Shown in pieces: positions 38,583-48,159 of a stretch of 64,000 nt of DNA. A program made the translations under genes and the position numbers. The notes under the pieces are model-generated. The model did no database searches. It was given only the letters and a program-made list of their open reading frames with translations, and was not told where the DNA came from. How positions within the stretch are numbered: position 1 is the first letter of the stretch; each line of letters starts with the position of its first letter. This DNA comes from a virus. The stretch lies in the IMG/VR virus record IMGVR_UViG_3300050144_000109, positions 64,001-128,000 of that record. The stretch is one strand, 5' to 3'.

Positions 38583-40322
38583 TTAATAAACTCTAGAAGT
38601 TGCCCCAATTGTCACAGACACGGTTCCATTTTGGTTGATGGTACATCTCGTAATCGGACCACTGGTAAGAAACTCGATCATGGTGTTCCATGTGTCAGCG
38701 TCTGATTGCGTGAAGAAATCGACCCCATTGTCAAAGCCATACCAGACAATTCCAGCATGGTAAGGATCCCCTAACAGAAGTGTGATGACTGAACGCTGCA
38801 TGTAAGCTAAGCGAGTAGGTGTGGCCAGAGAAGCATAATTCGGATTCTCTGAGGTCATCTCAGTCATGTACAGTGGTTTTGTAGGAAATCCCAATTGCGT
38901 CAAGATAGATCGTAAATTACGAGTGAAGCCGTAGGCTGCCAATGGACTAGGCAAAGCATTGCCGATATTGATTGGATAGGTATGGTACCCAATATAATCC
39001 ACCGCGTTGATCATTGCGTTCGAGTTGGCGCTCAAGCAAGCACGCACATAATCCGCACCCGCAGCACTGCCTCGATTTATCACATTAATGAAAGAAGGGC
39101 CTATGATTTTTGCTGAGGAATCTACAGACCGAATAGCTTCGGCAGCCTGAACGACCATCTGAGACAACTCGGCCGGGGTTCCTGTGAAACCGATGAATGT
39201 AGTGCGTGCACTGGCATAGTTCACAAAAGGCCCAGTGCCTACAGTTGGATAAGGTTCGTTGTAAATTTCATAGTGAATTCCTTGCCCAGCGTAACGCAGA
39301 GCGATTTCTCGGCACGCAATATACCAGCTACCCGTTGTGTTATTTGCCAAATCAACCGGCGGTGTGTTGATGGCGCCTACTGCTGAGTGGAGTCCTGATT
39401 GTCCATACAAAGGAATTATCATTCGCTTACCAGCATGTCTAGCTACAAAGTAGTCTAAGACGGACCAGTCCCCTGCAGTGCTCTGACGTTGAGCACTTGT
39501 GAGCGGTAACCAATTCGTCTTCTCAATGAAGTGCATCATTGCAGCTAGATTATTGCCGGTGGGACCATCATAGTTCAGAGAACGTACAGCCCCATAGTTC
39601 ACTCCTAAGGGAACAGTAGCTGTCGTAGCAGGCTGCGGCCAACGATGCCAGTGTGCCCCGAACATGGCACTGGTCAGTGTACGTGGGGCTGTTGAGTTTA
39701 CCAAAGTGGTAGAGGTTCCTGGAACAACTTCTAACGATGAAGAAACAACCTTCATAATCTTGCCAGCAACATAAGTATTTTCCCAAGAAAAGAATACTAC
39801 GACGCGTAAGCCATTGGTGGAATACTGGTCGTACCAGTGATTGAGAGCTTGTGCACTTTGTAAGTACTCACTTTGTGCAGCATACATCGCAGATATGCGG
39901 ACGTCATTGCCCCCACTACCAGCTACCGCAGCAAGCGTTACTGAGAACTGCCCGCCTATAGAAGTCGCATATTCAGCAGGTGCCGCTACTGCAATCGTAT
40001 TACTGGGGTTGGTTGGATCAGATCCGTCAATCGTGCCAATACGTACATTGAATCGGCGTTCTAGGTTCGTGGTGGCCGTTGGCTTGTCATCAGGAGTTAC
40101 TCCGCCGTAGGTGCCCGACTCATAGAGCGCAGTGAATCGAGCACGCCAATCGGTGGTAAGACCACTGAGGGGCCCTGGTGGGATATCCACATGCCCCATA
40201 TATTGCAGCGCACTATCCGTAGCAGCAATGCCCGTGCTAATTCTCGAATATAGATTGTTATTGGTTACCGAATACCCTTGGGCGACTTGCGGGGATTGTG
40301 TGGCAAGTAGAGAATGAAACAT
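38583..40322 (-). CDS. Putative virion glycoside hydrolase (clan GH-A TIM barrel, GH39/GH5-like) with a beta-rich N-terminal domain
   Basis: FGAHWH, acid/base YEIYNEP, DYIGYHTY, nucleophile PLYMTE and WYG motifs. Confidence 0.75.
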   Translation of the reverse strand: MFHSLLATQSPQVAQGYSVTNNNLYSRISTGIAATDSALQYMGHVDIPPGPLSGLTTDWRARFTALYESGTYGGVTPDDKPTATTNLERRFNVRIGTIDGSDPTNPSNTIAVAAPAEYATSIGGQFSVTLAAVAGSGGNDVRISAMYAAQSEYLQSAQALNHWYDQYSTNGLRVVVFFSWENTYVAGKIMKVVSSSLEVVPGTSTTLVNSTAPRTLTSAMFGAHWHRWPQPATTATVPLGVNYGAVRSLNYDGPTGNNLAAMMHFIEKTNWLPLTSAQRQSTAGDWSVLDYFVARHAGKRMIIPLYGQSGLHSAVGAINTPPVDLANNTTGSWYIACREIALRYAGQGIHYEIYNEPYPTVGTGPFVNYASARTTFIGFTGTPAELSQMVVQAAEAIRSVDSSAKIIGPSFINVINRGSAAGADYVRACLSANSNAMINAVDYIGYHTYPINIGNALPSPLAAYGFTRNLRSILTQLGFPTKPLYMTEMTSENPNYASLATPTRLAYMQRSVITLLLGDPYHAGIVWYGFDNGVDFFTQSDADTWNTMIEFLTSGPITRCTINQNGTVSVTIGATSRVY

Positions 40323-40340
40323 GATTTATTTATCTTTCTA

Positions 40341-40916
40341 TTAAGCAACGGTGCGAAGAGGTCTATTGATGACGGCGCCAATTGCATTTCTAGTTACAGC
40401 AGATTGAGTAACTGTCTTTGTGCCGTTTGGTCCTACATAAGTTACCGTATACGCATCTGTTGATCCTGGGAACAAGTCGCTGGCGAGCGTCATACTGTAA
40501 GATCCTGCGCTGCCGTCAGGCCATTGTACCGCATAAGAAATCATGTTGCCATTGGCATCGTAAAGAATGGGGCCGGCCACCATATTGCTCGGATCTCCAG
40601 ACCATGCAATGAGGTAACTATCTCCACCCACACTAGAAGCCCCGGTAAGACCTGCTGGTCCTTGAGGACCTGTGTCACCCTTGACACCAGTAAGACCTTG
40701 AGGGCCGGTTGCACCTACTGCACCATTGGTGCCGTTAGTTCCTGCAGGGCCTGTAAGGCCCTGTGCGCCTTGAGGTCCAGTTAAACCAGTAGGGCCCTGA
40801 GGTCCTTGTGCGCCTTGAGGGCCTGTAGGTCCGGGTGTTCCTACAAGAGTCCCAGTGACAGGGTCTACTGATAAATTGAAATTAGTGACTTCCACTAATT
40901 GAATTGTGTTTGGCAT
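40341..40916 (-). CDS. Collagen-like (Gly-X-Y) fibre/adaptor protein
   Basis: About 23 GXY triplets; C-terminal WPDG...[15 protein letters not shown] domain of a type seen in phage minor tail proteins; likely start MPNTIQ at 40916. Confidence 0.8.
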   Translation of the reverse strand: MPNTIQLVEVTNFNLSVDPVTGTLVGTPGPTGPQGAQGPQGPTGLTGPQGAQGLTGPAGTNGTNGAVGATGPQGLTGVKGDTGPQGPAGLTGASSVGGDSYLIAWSGDPSNMVAGPILYDANGNMISYAVQWPDGSAGSYSMTLASDLFPGSTDAYTVTYVGPNGTKTVTQSAVTRNAIGAVINRPLRTVA

Positions 40917-41064
40917 ATGGGAATCCCTTGTGGAAATGGTAGAGAATATTTGATCACAAAATAACAACTTGAATATTAACGTCAGAAAAGAAATAGTTAA
41001 TTGACTTGTATGGCGCTAAAAACGTGTATACGAGTCAATTAACTGCAGATCGAATATCAATCTT

Positions 41065-41433
41065 TTACCAATGACCACCACCACCAATTCGAATACCCAA
41101 CCACATCATCCAAGCTTTCCACTTAGGAACCCCTTCTTCCACACACGCTTTGTAGAAGATGTCGTCTGCCAAGGCTCTGTATGCAACTGGATGCTTGCCA
41201 TTCTTATCAACAGTATAGAGCCAATCGTGCAACGTGGCAGGAGGTCTTGCCATGTCACCAAAGAAAAGCCAAATGAAAGGCAGCCTAGGAACAGAAGCAA
41301 AATCAGTCACGAACCCAACGGGGACTGTGTATTTTTCATAATGCAAATGTGCTTTGAGTTTCCAAGAGCCTCTGTCAGAATTGGAAGTATCGCTGATGTC
41401 TTCAACAATGAGGGGTGAGAACTTAGACGACAT
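41065..41433 (-). CDS. DUF1353-family protein
   Basis: VPVGFVTDFASVP...HDWLY...AD.IF...W.GIRIGG signature. Confidence 0.85.
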   Translation of the reverse strand: MSSKFSPLIVEDISDTSNSDRGSWKLKAHLHYEKYTVPVGFVTDFASVPRLPFIWLFFGDMARPPATLHDWLYTVDKNGKHPVAYRALADDIFYKACVEEGVPKWKAWMMWLGIRIGGGGHW

Positions 41434-41695
41434 GATTAGTCACTTCTGCAGATGCTGTTGGTTTCTTAGAGAAGATACCCAACATATTGAATAAACTAAC
41501 GCCAGTAGAAATAACGCCGTCAATAGCCCCTACGGTTGGGTTAAGAACACTCACGACAGTCATTGCAGCTTTGAGTTTGTCAACGCTACTCATCTTAACG
41601 GGCGACTGCGAAGAAATGTTCTCTACGAACTGTACAGCCGTCACTGCGGCTGAAAGCTTGTCAGAAGCCAGATTGAGTTTGTCTAGGAACGACAT
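41423..41695 (-). CDS. Small amphipathic, holin-like protein
   Basis: 90 aa, AGGAG RBS, amphipathic helices ending VSLFNMLGIFSK; function inferred. Confidence 0.5.
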   Translation of the reverse strand: MSFLDKLNLASDKLSAAVTAVQFVENISSQSPVKMSSVDKLKAAMTVVSVLNPTVGAIDGVISTGVSLFNMLGIFSKKPTASAEVTNHVV

Positions 41696-41806
41696 GAAAC
41701 TTACTCCTACTTAGTTAAAGGATGGGGTAAAATAAATATTCATAGCATAAATATCAACAGGATTTGACGCCTGTTGATATTTATGTGGTTGTTGGTTTAA
41801 TCTTTA

Positions 41807-43041
41807 TTAACTGGGAGATTTGATATACTTGCTCGGTTTGACTCTCCATGACCAATCTAAATACTGCGCCATATATGCTGCAATAGCTGTCTTTGCTGCG
41901 CCAACGTAGTGCGTGCCATCGCCCATGATGGCACCGTACAGATCTTTACCCGTAGCTGGATCCGTTACAACCGTAGCAATGTCAGCCACCTGTGTTCCGT
42001 ACGTAGCGATTAACCATGTGTTGTATTGTTTTCTTAGCGCTTCTTTGACTGCATCAGTAGATGCTACACTAAATGGAGTAATGGTTGTGTAGTAGCGATA
42101 GGTGAACCCATCTGCAATTGCTTTTGCAGTCATGCTTTGTGTGCTAGCGCACATCTGCGCAAAGGTTCTTCCTTGACCAATGTCATTAATGCCGCCCTGA
42201 ATGATTACAGCGTTACATCTTGGCTTCAAAGTTGTGATGTCCGTAGACCAACGGGTATCCATATCAGCAAGCGTCTGCCCACCAATCGCCCGATTGAATA
42301 AGCTCAGTGAGAGTTCTGAGCCAAGAACTGTCGTAATTTCTCTGTTAGCAACAACGTTGAAATCGTACATTCGATCATTAAAACCACTGGAACCAGCGAA
42401 AGTGGAGTCCCCAATGACTGCTACACCATCTAAGTAATTGGAGTTAACCGGCTCAACCATGAACCCTCCAATGTACGGTGCAGAGCCAGTGGCCATAATA
42501 CCACCCCAATTATTATTGGTACTAATTAGGGGCAGACCACCGCCATTCGTAGTGCCTGGCGCAGTTGCCGGGGTTGTACCAACATCTAGAGTTGTAGTAG
42601 AAAAAGCGGTTGCCAAATACCAAACTCTAGTTAACTCACCAGCCTTGCACCAAATAGCACCATGTCCATTAGAGGCCGCAGCAGGGCAAGATTTCTGATT
42701 CCACCAAAAGTCAACGGGGGACCAAACATAAAGACTGACCAAATATTTTTTACCAACAACATAGGGTGTTAAACCTGATGCAGTGATGTTTGTTGTGATC
42801 CCACCATAGACAGAACTGAAAGATACTTCGCTGAGTGTAATAATCCGTCCATCTACAAACGCTTGTTTTGTAAGGCCCGTTTTGTACTGCCAATAGCAGC
42901 AATGTAATAAGCCCATGCCAAGTCTTCTGAATGAACTGCAATGTTCATTGAAACTGGAAGGGTTGTTCTAACTAAAGAGATACCTTGATTTGCTACTTGA
43001 GCCTGGTATAACGTAGAAAGATCATTCGTTGGGAGTCCCAT
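41807..43041 (-). pseudogene. SGNH/GDSL esterase with N-terminal carbohydrate-binding-like domain; apparent -1 frameshift near 42880
   Basis: IGDS, GGINDI and DGTH catalytic blocks in the 41807..42916 frame. The N-terminus (MGLPTND...NIAVHSEDLAW) lies in the overlapping 42853..43041 frame, which has the RBS. Confidence 0.7.
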
Positions 43042-43044
43042 GAT

Positions 43045-43674
43045 TTATCCTTGATATTGTGCTTGCGGATACAGATCCCAACACCACACAGGAGCAGCAA
43101 CTCCAGTAGGTTGGAACCAGCGAACTTTAGCGCCAGCGTTGATACCGTTCGATAAATATCGAACCTCTCCAACTAAGACGCCTTGAATTGAATTGCTTAT
43201 CGCCTGCGAATCAGTGATGGTGTCTGAGATCAGCCCTGATTGAAAGGTGGCCTTTTCAATAACAGTACCTGAAGTGAATGCAGTTTGCATTCCAGCGAGT
43301 GTTGCAAGAGCATTCGTACCGTTAGTCCCTACAGGACCGGTAGCCCCAGTATCGCCCTTAGGACCGGTAGCGCCAGTAGCGCCTACTGCACCAGGGGTGC
43401 CATTCGTGCCTGCTGGCCCTGGTGCACCTGTATCGCCTTTGAGTCCTTGAATGCCTTGGGGTCCCGTGGGTCCTACAGGTCCTTGAATGCCTTGGGGTCC
43501 TTGAGGACCCGTGCCTCCGACACCAGTCAAGCCTGTGATCTGAGACGCTGGCAAGCGCAGGTCAGAGAGCTTGAGCAAGTAAGGAGGCTTGCCAGTACGG
43601 ACAGCGTAAATCTTATCCGGTTGGATCAGACTAACTCGGCCCCGGTGGGCTCCGGGGGGGGGGGGGGTTGCCAC
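43045..43674 (-). CDS. Collagen-like fibre/adaptor protein with an N-terminal C14 tract
   Basis: GTG start after AAGGA; N-terminal peptide shared with 48160..49827; about 22 GXY triplets. Confidence 0.8.
   Translation of the reverse strand: MATPPPPGAHRGRVSLIQPDKIYAVRTGKPPYLLKLSDLRLPASQITGLTGVGGTGPQGPQGIQGPVGPTGPQGIQGLKGDTGAPGPAGTNGTPGAVGATGATGPKGDTGATGPVGTNGTNALATLAGMQTAFTSGTVIEKATFQSGLISDTITDSQAISNSIQGVLVGEVRYLSNGINAGAKVRWFQPTGVAAPVWCWDLYPQAQYQG
43654..43667 (-). repeat. C14 homopolymer (G14 on + strand) within codons 3-7
   Basis: Direct count: 14 G at 43654-43667. Confidence 0.9.
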
Positions 43675-43732
43675 TGATGAAAAGTCCTTTAAATGAAGTT
43701 ATGTATTGTGTCAAACAATATAAAAACATAAA

Positions 43733-43785
43733 ACCCTCTCTGTACACCACTCCTGATATTCACGGGAGTGGTGTACAGAGAGGGT
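43733..43785. terminator. 21-bp perfect hairpin with a TTTTATG tail on the minus strand
   Basis: accctctctgtacaccactcc-11nt-ggagtggtgtacagagagggt. Confidence 0.7.
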
Positions 43786-43817
43786 AAATTCGAATTAACT
43801 TTTCTTCACAACATGAT

Positions 43818-44240
43818 TCATGTATGATCGATTATTTTCCATTTCTTTCCACAAGGGGCGAGTCCTTCTTCATCAATGATGAAGTCTAGCCAAGGCGCAT
43901 TGTCGTCGGCTTGCCTGACATAACACCAGCCTTTCATGTAACTTTCTGTGCAAATGCCAAGCACACCATCGACTTCGACGATGTCACCCACTTGAGGGCA
44001 TCGAATAGGTTTACTTAACCCAAACGTTTTCCTGAGTAAAGCGATTGTTTCTTCATCTTGAGTTTGCTTGCACTTTTCATCGAGACCTGAGCTCCTTTCG
44101 ATAATGGGGACGTCTCTCCATTCTTCAGAATGATCATCAAAATTCTTACGAATGTGCCAGAGCTGTTGTAGAACTATTTTGTTACTCGCATGAACTTGTC
44201 TGAGTTGATTTGTCAAAGTCTCTTCATTTGCCATGTACAT
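43818..44240 (-). CDS. Hypothetical protein
   Basis: 140 aa with AGGA RBS. Confidence 0.7.
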   Translation of the reverse strand: MYMANEETLTNQLRQVHASNKIVLQQLWHIRKNFDDHSEEWRDVPIIERSSGLDEKCKQTQDEETIALLRKTFGLSKPIRCPQVGDIVEVDGVLGICTESYMKGWCYVRQADDNAPWLDFIIDEEGLAPCGKKWKIIDHT

Positions 44241-44256
44241 GATAATTCCTAACGAC

Positions 44257-44571
44257 TTAAAAAGAGACTGATTTCTTCAGGTCTTCACGTGTCTCAGCCG
44301 CCAAGAGCTTCATCTGCGCATGCATGAGTTTCTTAGCTTGCCTTCTTTCTGTACACCAAACAACATCGTCTTCACAGGAATACCAGTGCGACTTCATCTG
44401 TCGTGCAGCGTTGATACTTGAAACCTCAGAAACGACTGCATACTGAGACTGCATAACTGTGTTCAACAAGCGCACCACACTGACACGTTTACGAAGAATG
44501 TACTTGACACCTCCAGGTCGGATTTCATCAAAGTTCACTTGAAGAGTGTGGAGGCGTTTATTATTTTTCAT
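44257..44571 (-). CDS. Hypothetical basic protein
   Basis: 104 aa with ATGA overlap. Confidence 0.65.
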   Translation of the reverse strand: MKNNKRLHTLQVNFDEIRPGGVKYILRKRVSVVRLLNTVMQSQYAVVSEVSSINAARQMKSHWYSCEDDVVWCTERRQAKKLMHAQMKLLAAETREDLKKSVSF

Positions 44572-44867
44572 TTTGTTTGGTCTTTCTTATAAGCAGCCAA
44601 AGAATCCTTGTAGATCTTATTGAGTAGCTTCTGTGCAATACGTTTAGCAACTCGTTTGTCTGAGAATCCGTGGGGGTGTACTTCCGGCCCAAACTCATTC
44701 CACCTGCTACTCATTTTCTTTTTGATGTTGTAGGAGCGCATCCCTTTTTCTATGTAGTAATACCCATCGTCGTTTGACATTACTCGGACACGTACAAAGA
44801 TGTTGTACGGGAAGTCCGGCACTGCAATACTCAGGTATTGCTTTTGAAACGTATGAATGTTTTTCAC
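44568..44867 (-). CDS. Hypothetical basic protein
   Basis: 99 aa, GTG start after GGAG. Confidence 0.65.
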   Translation of the reverse strand: MKNIHTFQKQYLSIAVPDFPYNIFVRVRVMSNDDGYYYIEKGMRSYNIKKKMSSRWNEFGPEVHPHGFSDKRVAKRIAQKLLNKIYKDSLAAYKKDQTK

Positions 44868-44930
44868 TTAGTTACTCCAAAGAAGAAAAAAAGAAACCGG
44901 GTGAGGGTTTCTTTCTCGACCATTGATCCC

Positions 44931-45029
44931 TTAGAATCCCAGGCCGATGATAACACCGATGAGTCCAAAGACTACGACGATGAGTAAGACTTCCCAACGC
45001 TTGGGCTGATGATTGAGGAACGAATTCAT
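44931..45029 (-). CDS. 32-aa single-pass membrane peptide (below the ORF-track cutoff)
   Basis: MNSFLNHQPKRWEVLLIVVVFGLIGVIIGLGF; strong TAAGGAG RBS. Confidence 0.65.
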   Translation of the reverse strand: MNSFLNHQPKRWEVLLIVVVFGLIGVIIGLGF

Positions 45030-45039
45030 TTGTGACTCC

Positions 45040-45354
45040 TTACTTAAGAACTTGCCGAGCTGTGGCTCGATCCGAAAAGTAACCAGCTACTCTATTGGCA
45101 AATGTGAGACGTGCAATTGCTTCATCGCGCTCGCGTGAGGTGAACGTAAATTTGGGGCCGCCGAGAATCTCTTCGCTCAACTTCTGAATCGAGCAAGGGT
45201 CAGCAAAATCCCACTCTTCAGCAGCATCATACATCTCCTCCGGCAGCTTATCTGCTTCGAGTTCAGGAGAATGGGCGAGCCATTCTTCGACATGACTTTG
45301 ATGATCGTGGTTTACACAATTGATATGTGCCGGGATACGTGCGTCCATTTTCAT
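45040..45354 (-). CDS. Hypothetical protein
   Basis: 104 aa with AAGGA RBS. Confidence 0.7.
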   Translation of the reverse strand: MKMDARIPAHINCVNHDHQSHVEEWLAHSPELEADKLPEEMYDAAEEWDFADPCSIQKLSEEILGGPKFTFTSRERDEAIARLTFANRVAGYFSDRATARQVLK

Positions 45355-45443
45355 TTCCTTCTGCTCTTTTGAGCGCTGATTAAATCAAAGTACCGACGAC
45401 TACCCACTGCTTGGCTGGCAATGGGTAGAGGGTCGAGACTCTT

Positions 45444-45731
45444 TTACTCAGCTGGGAAGACGTCCTTCTCTCCGTTCAGGATGCGCAGAGCTAGTGTTTT
45501 GGCCTTCTCCAATTGGACTGGGTCCTGGTGATCGGCGTCTGCCACCGATCCTTTTTTGGGGATCCAGTAGCTACCGTCTTCGATCACAGAGATTCTCCCC
45601 CAAGGTCCGGAGAAAGAGATTCCTATGAGAGTTCCTCCTTCAAGTTTACCGACTTGGTAGTACGCGTGCTTCTTGGCCGATTGAACCAGTTGTTGATTCG
45701 TCTTCATGATAAAGCTCCTTGTGCTTTGCAC
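45444..45731 (-). CDS. Hypothetical protein (likely start MKTNQQ, ~45707)
   Basis: AAGGAG RBS before the internal ATG; first gene after a promoter motif. Confidence 0.7.
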   Translation of the reverse strand: MQSTRSFIMKTNQQLVQSAKKHAYYQVGKLEGGTLIGISFSGPWGRISVIEDGSYWIPKKGSVADADHQDPVQLEKAKTLALRILNGEKDVFPAE

Positions 45732-45780
45732 AGTGGTTGAAAAGAGGTTTAGAAACTTGATGCAGTTTCCTATTCACATT

Positions 45781-45808
45781 GGTTATATGTGACTGTAGAA
45801 ATTTGGAA
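45781..45808 (-). promoter_or_regulatory. Putative phage early promoter motif
   Basis: TTCCAAATTTCTACAGTCACATATAACC. Confidence 0.65.
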
Positions 45809-45930
45809 TGTGATTTATTAGTTTCTCATACTAGTTTGTTACTTTTATAAATTAATGGAGGTCAAGGTCTAACGCCAGAAAAGAGCTGTACTCCTTTGAT
45901 GCTTTTATAGCCCAAAGGAGTACAGACTGC

Positions 45931-46119
45931 TCACTTAATTCCCAAAGCTTCTCTCAATTCCTTCAATACTTCTTGGATAGTACTCTCTGCCAAACAGAGC
46001 TCCGCTGTCGTATTGTCAAACTTGAGCTGGTCCTGTACATATGGGAGAACATCATCTTCCAACTGTCCTACCAACTTTTTAGCAAGGTCAGTGGAAATGG
46101 CTGTTTTACCTTTAAACAT
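45931..46119 (-). CDS. Small helical hypothetical protein
   Basis: 62-aa ORF followed by a hairpin. Confidence 0.5.
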   Translation of the reverse strand: MFKGKTAISTDLAKKLVGQLEDDVLPYVQDQLKFDNTTAELCLAESTIQEVLKELREALGIK

Positions 46120-46139
46120 ACTGTATCGATCTTGTAGAC

Positions 46140-47132
46140 TTACTTCACGTTCACAACTTCAGTGGTCTCTTGTGTAGAGATTTGCAGAGTGACTCTGCGG
46201 TTACGGGTGCGACCTTCAGCAGTTGCATTCGTGTCCGCAGGCTTGTGGTAGCCAGACCCCTTCACATTTCCTACACCGAACCCAAGACTTTTGAGCTCAG
46301 CCGCCACCTCATTAGCGCGCCGCAGTGACAATTCCATGTTGTACTTGTCACTGCCTCGGTTGTCCGTGTGTCCCTCTACAGAGCTCACGCTATCCTTGGT
46401 CTTGCCAAACTTTGACATAGCGTCCATTAGTGCAACGCGACCAGTTCCAGTGAGTGCATGTTTCCCAGTAGAGAAGAAGACATCAGAAGCCAAATCCACA
46501 GACTTGGTAGTCGTCTTTGTTTCCTTGTCTTTTCCAGGAACCACCACTTCTCTGACCGGGCCAGGTACTTCTACTTTCTTTTCTACCGTTTTCACTTCTG
46601 TAGGAGGCACTGTTTTTGATTCAGCACATTCCTTATAGGTCAGGTCTTTGAAGTTTGCATTGAGATACTGTTCATACGTCATAGAAGCACCCTCAGGCGC
46701 TCTGTACGCATCTTCAGGCTTGATCTTGTATGTGTCAGAAACAAACTTGTCTAATAGACGTTTGACTGTGTTGTACTGGCACAGTGCAGCAAAGCGGTCT
46801 ATCGTCTTTTGGAGCGCACATTCCTTATTGAAGTCATGCACTGGCTTGCTCCAGGAGATGAAGTTCCAACCTCCTGCGTAAGACTCAGTACCATGTAGAA
46901 TACAATTGCTCTCAGAAGACAAACCTGCTTGTACGGTGGGAGGGAAAAGAACGCTGATTTGTTTGGAGTTGCTGGTATTGCCGCCAGCATTAAGCGCTAC
47001 ACCTTGGTTACTGGCGTCAGACGTAGAGGTCTGGTCTACAGTGGCGGCTGCTCCACTCGGGGTAGCAGTCTGTGCTTGTACAGAGATTACGAACGTGAAT
47101 GCAGTGATGAAAGAAAATATTTTGATTTTCAT
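46140..47132 (-). CDS. Secreted protein with a Cys-containing N-domain and a C-terminal OmpA-like peptidoglycan-binding domain
   Basis: Signal peptide MKIKIFSFITAFTFVISVQA; OmpA_C signature FSTGK..VEGHTDNRGS..YNMELSLRRA..RNRRV; AGGAG RBS. Confidence 0.88.
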   Translation of the reverse strand: MKIKIFSFITAFTFVISVQAQTATPSGAAATVDQTSTSDASNQGVALNAGGNTSNSKQISVLFPPTVQAGLSSESNCILHGTESYAGGWNFISWSKPVHDFNKECALQKTIDRFAALCQYNTVKRLLDKFVSDTYKIKPEDAYRAPEGASMTYEQYLNANFKDLTYKECAESKTVPPTEVKTVEKKVEVPGPVREVVVPGKDKETKTTTKSVDLASDVFFSTGKHALTGTGRVALMDAMSKFGKTKDSVSSVEGHTDNRGSDKYNMELSLRRANEVAAELKSLGFGVGNVKGSGYHKPADTNATAEGRTRNRRVTLQISTQETTEVVNVK

Positions 47133-47166
47133 GATTCATAGCTCCTGGTATTTCTTGGGTGTTACT

Positions 47167-47900
47167 TCAGCGAGGATCAGAACCATCAAACCAGATGGAG
47201 GTTGTGTTACTTGTACTCGTGCTAGCTTTGACGCCGTCCACGCTCATGGGTATAGCCGGAGTTGCACTGTTGAAGAGTGCTTGCACAGACGACCAAGACC
47301 TGGACGTGTTCTCAGTAACGGTGGCTTTGAGATTGCTGTTGAAGTACTCTGACGAATTGGTAGTTGACCAAACACGGTCTACCGTAGCGAACCCTTTGGC
47401 AATGGAAGTGTTCCCAATGTTGATTCCTACGCCTGTGTTGATAGGTGTAAAGATGTTGGCGTACATACCGCTGTTCTTGTCGAACATTCCGCCATCAATG
47501 TTGCCACCACCATTGAGAACTTGCCCTGGCCCTGTATAGTTGTTTCCACCTTGTGTGCCGTAAGTACCTTTGACAGTGTTGGAAGCCCAACCAGTGGCTG
47601 CTCCTGTGGAGGTATTCCAAGCTTGTGCCATGTAGTTAGAACCTCCACTCATGTCGATGTTGAGCTTACCCGCTAAGGGTGTGTTCGTGAATGTAAAATT
47701 GACATCATTCACATTAGCGAATACATTTCCTTTTCCTGAGGAGAAAGACTCTGCAATACCAATCCCAATGTCTTGGCAGAGGTGGAGGCGTCTGATTTGA
47801 TGTAGACTGTGTTACCTGTAAGACCCAGGTAACCTGACTGTTGCGCCATGACGTTGGTGGAGATAATAACAGCGAGTAAAAGTGTAGAACGGTAATGCAT
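47167..47900 (-). pseudogene. Secreted G/N/S/T-rich beta protein, apparently split by a -1 frameshift near 47770 (track ORFs 47709..47900 + 47167..47712)
   Basis: Signal peptide in the first ORF. The second frame is open back to ~47811 and reads IGIGIAESFSSGKGNVFANVNDV, continuing SDASTSAKT naturally. Confidence 0.6.
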
Positions 47901-48159
47901 GGATGAAAACTTCCTCTTTGGTTTAGTTAGAAAATGCCAACATTCATGAAAGTCAATTAAATTGTTAGCAAATAGATTGGTTGTTTTTATTACATTTAAC
48001 TTTAGGCATCAGAAGGAGCAGGGGAATGTTCCCCTGCTCCTATGACATTTCTTTTTTATTTTAGATCACAGTTCTACAGCACGATTCAATTGCCACAAAT
48101 TAAAACACCTGAGCTAGCTCTAACGCTGTCATGGAATTTCAATACTTACTGGCAGAAGA

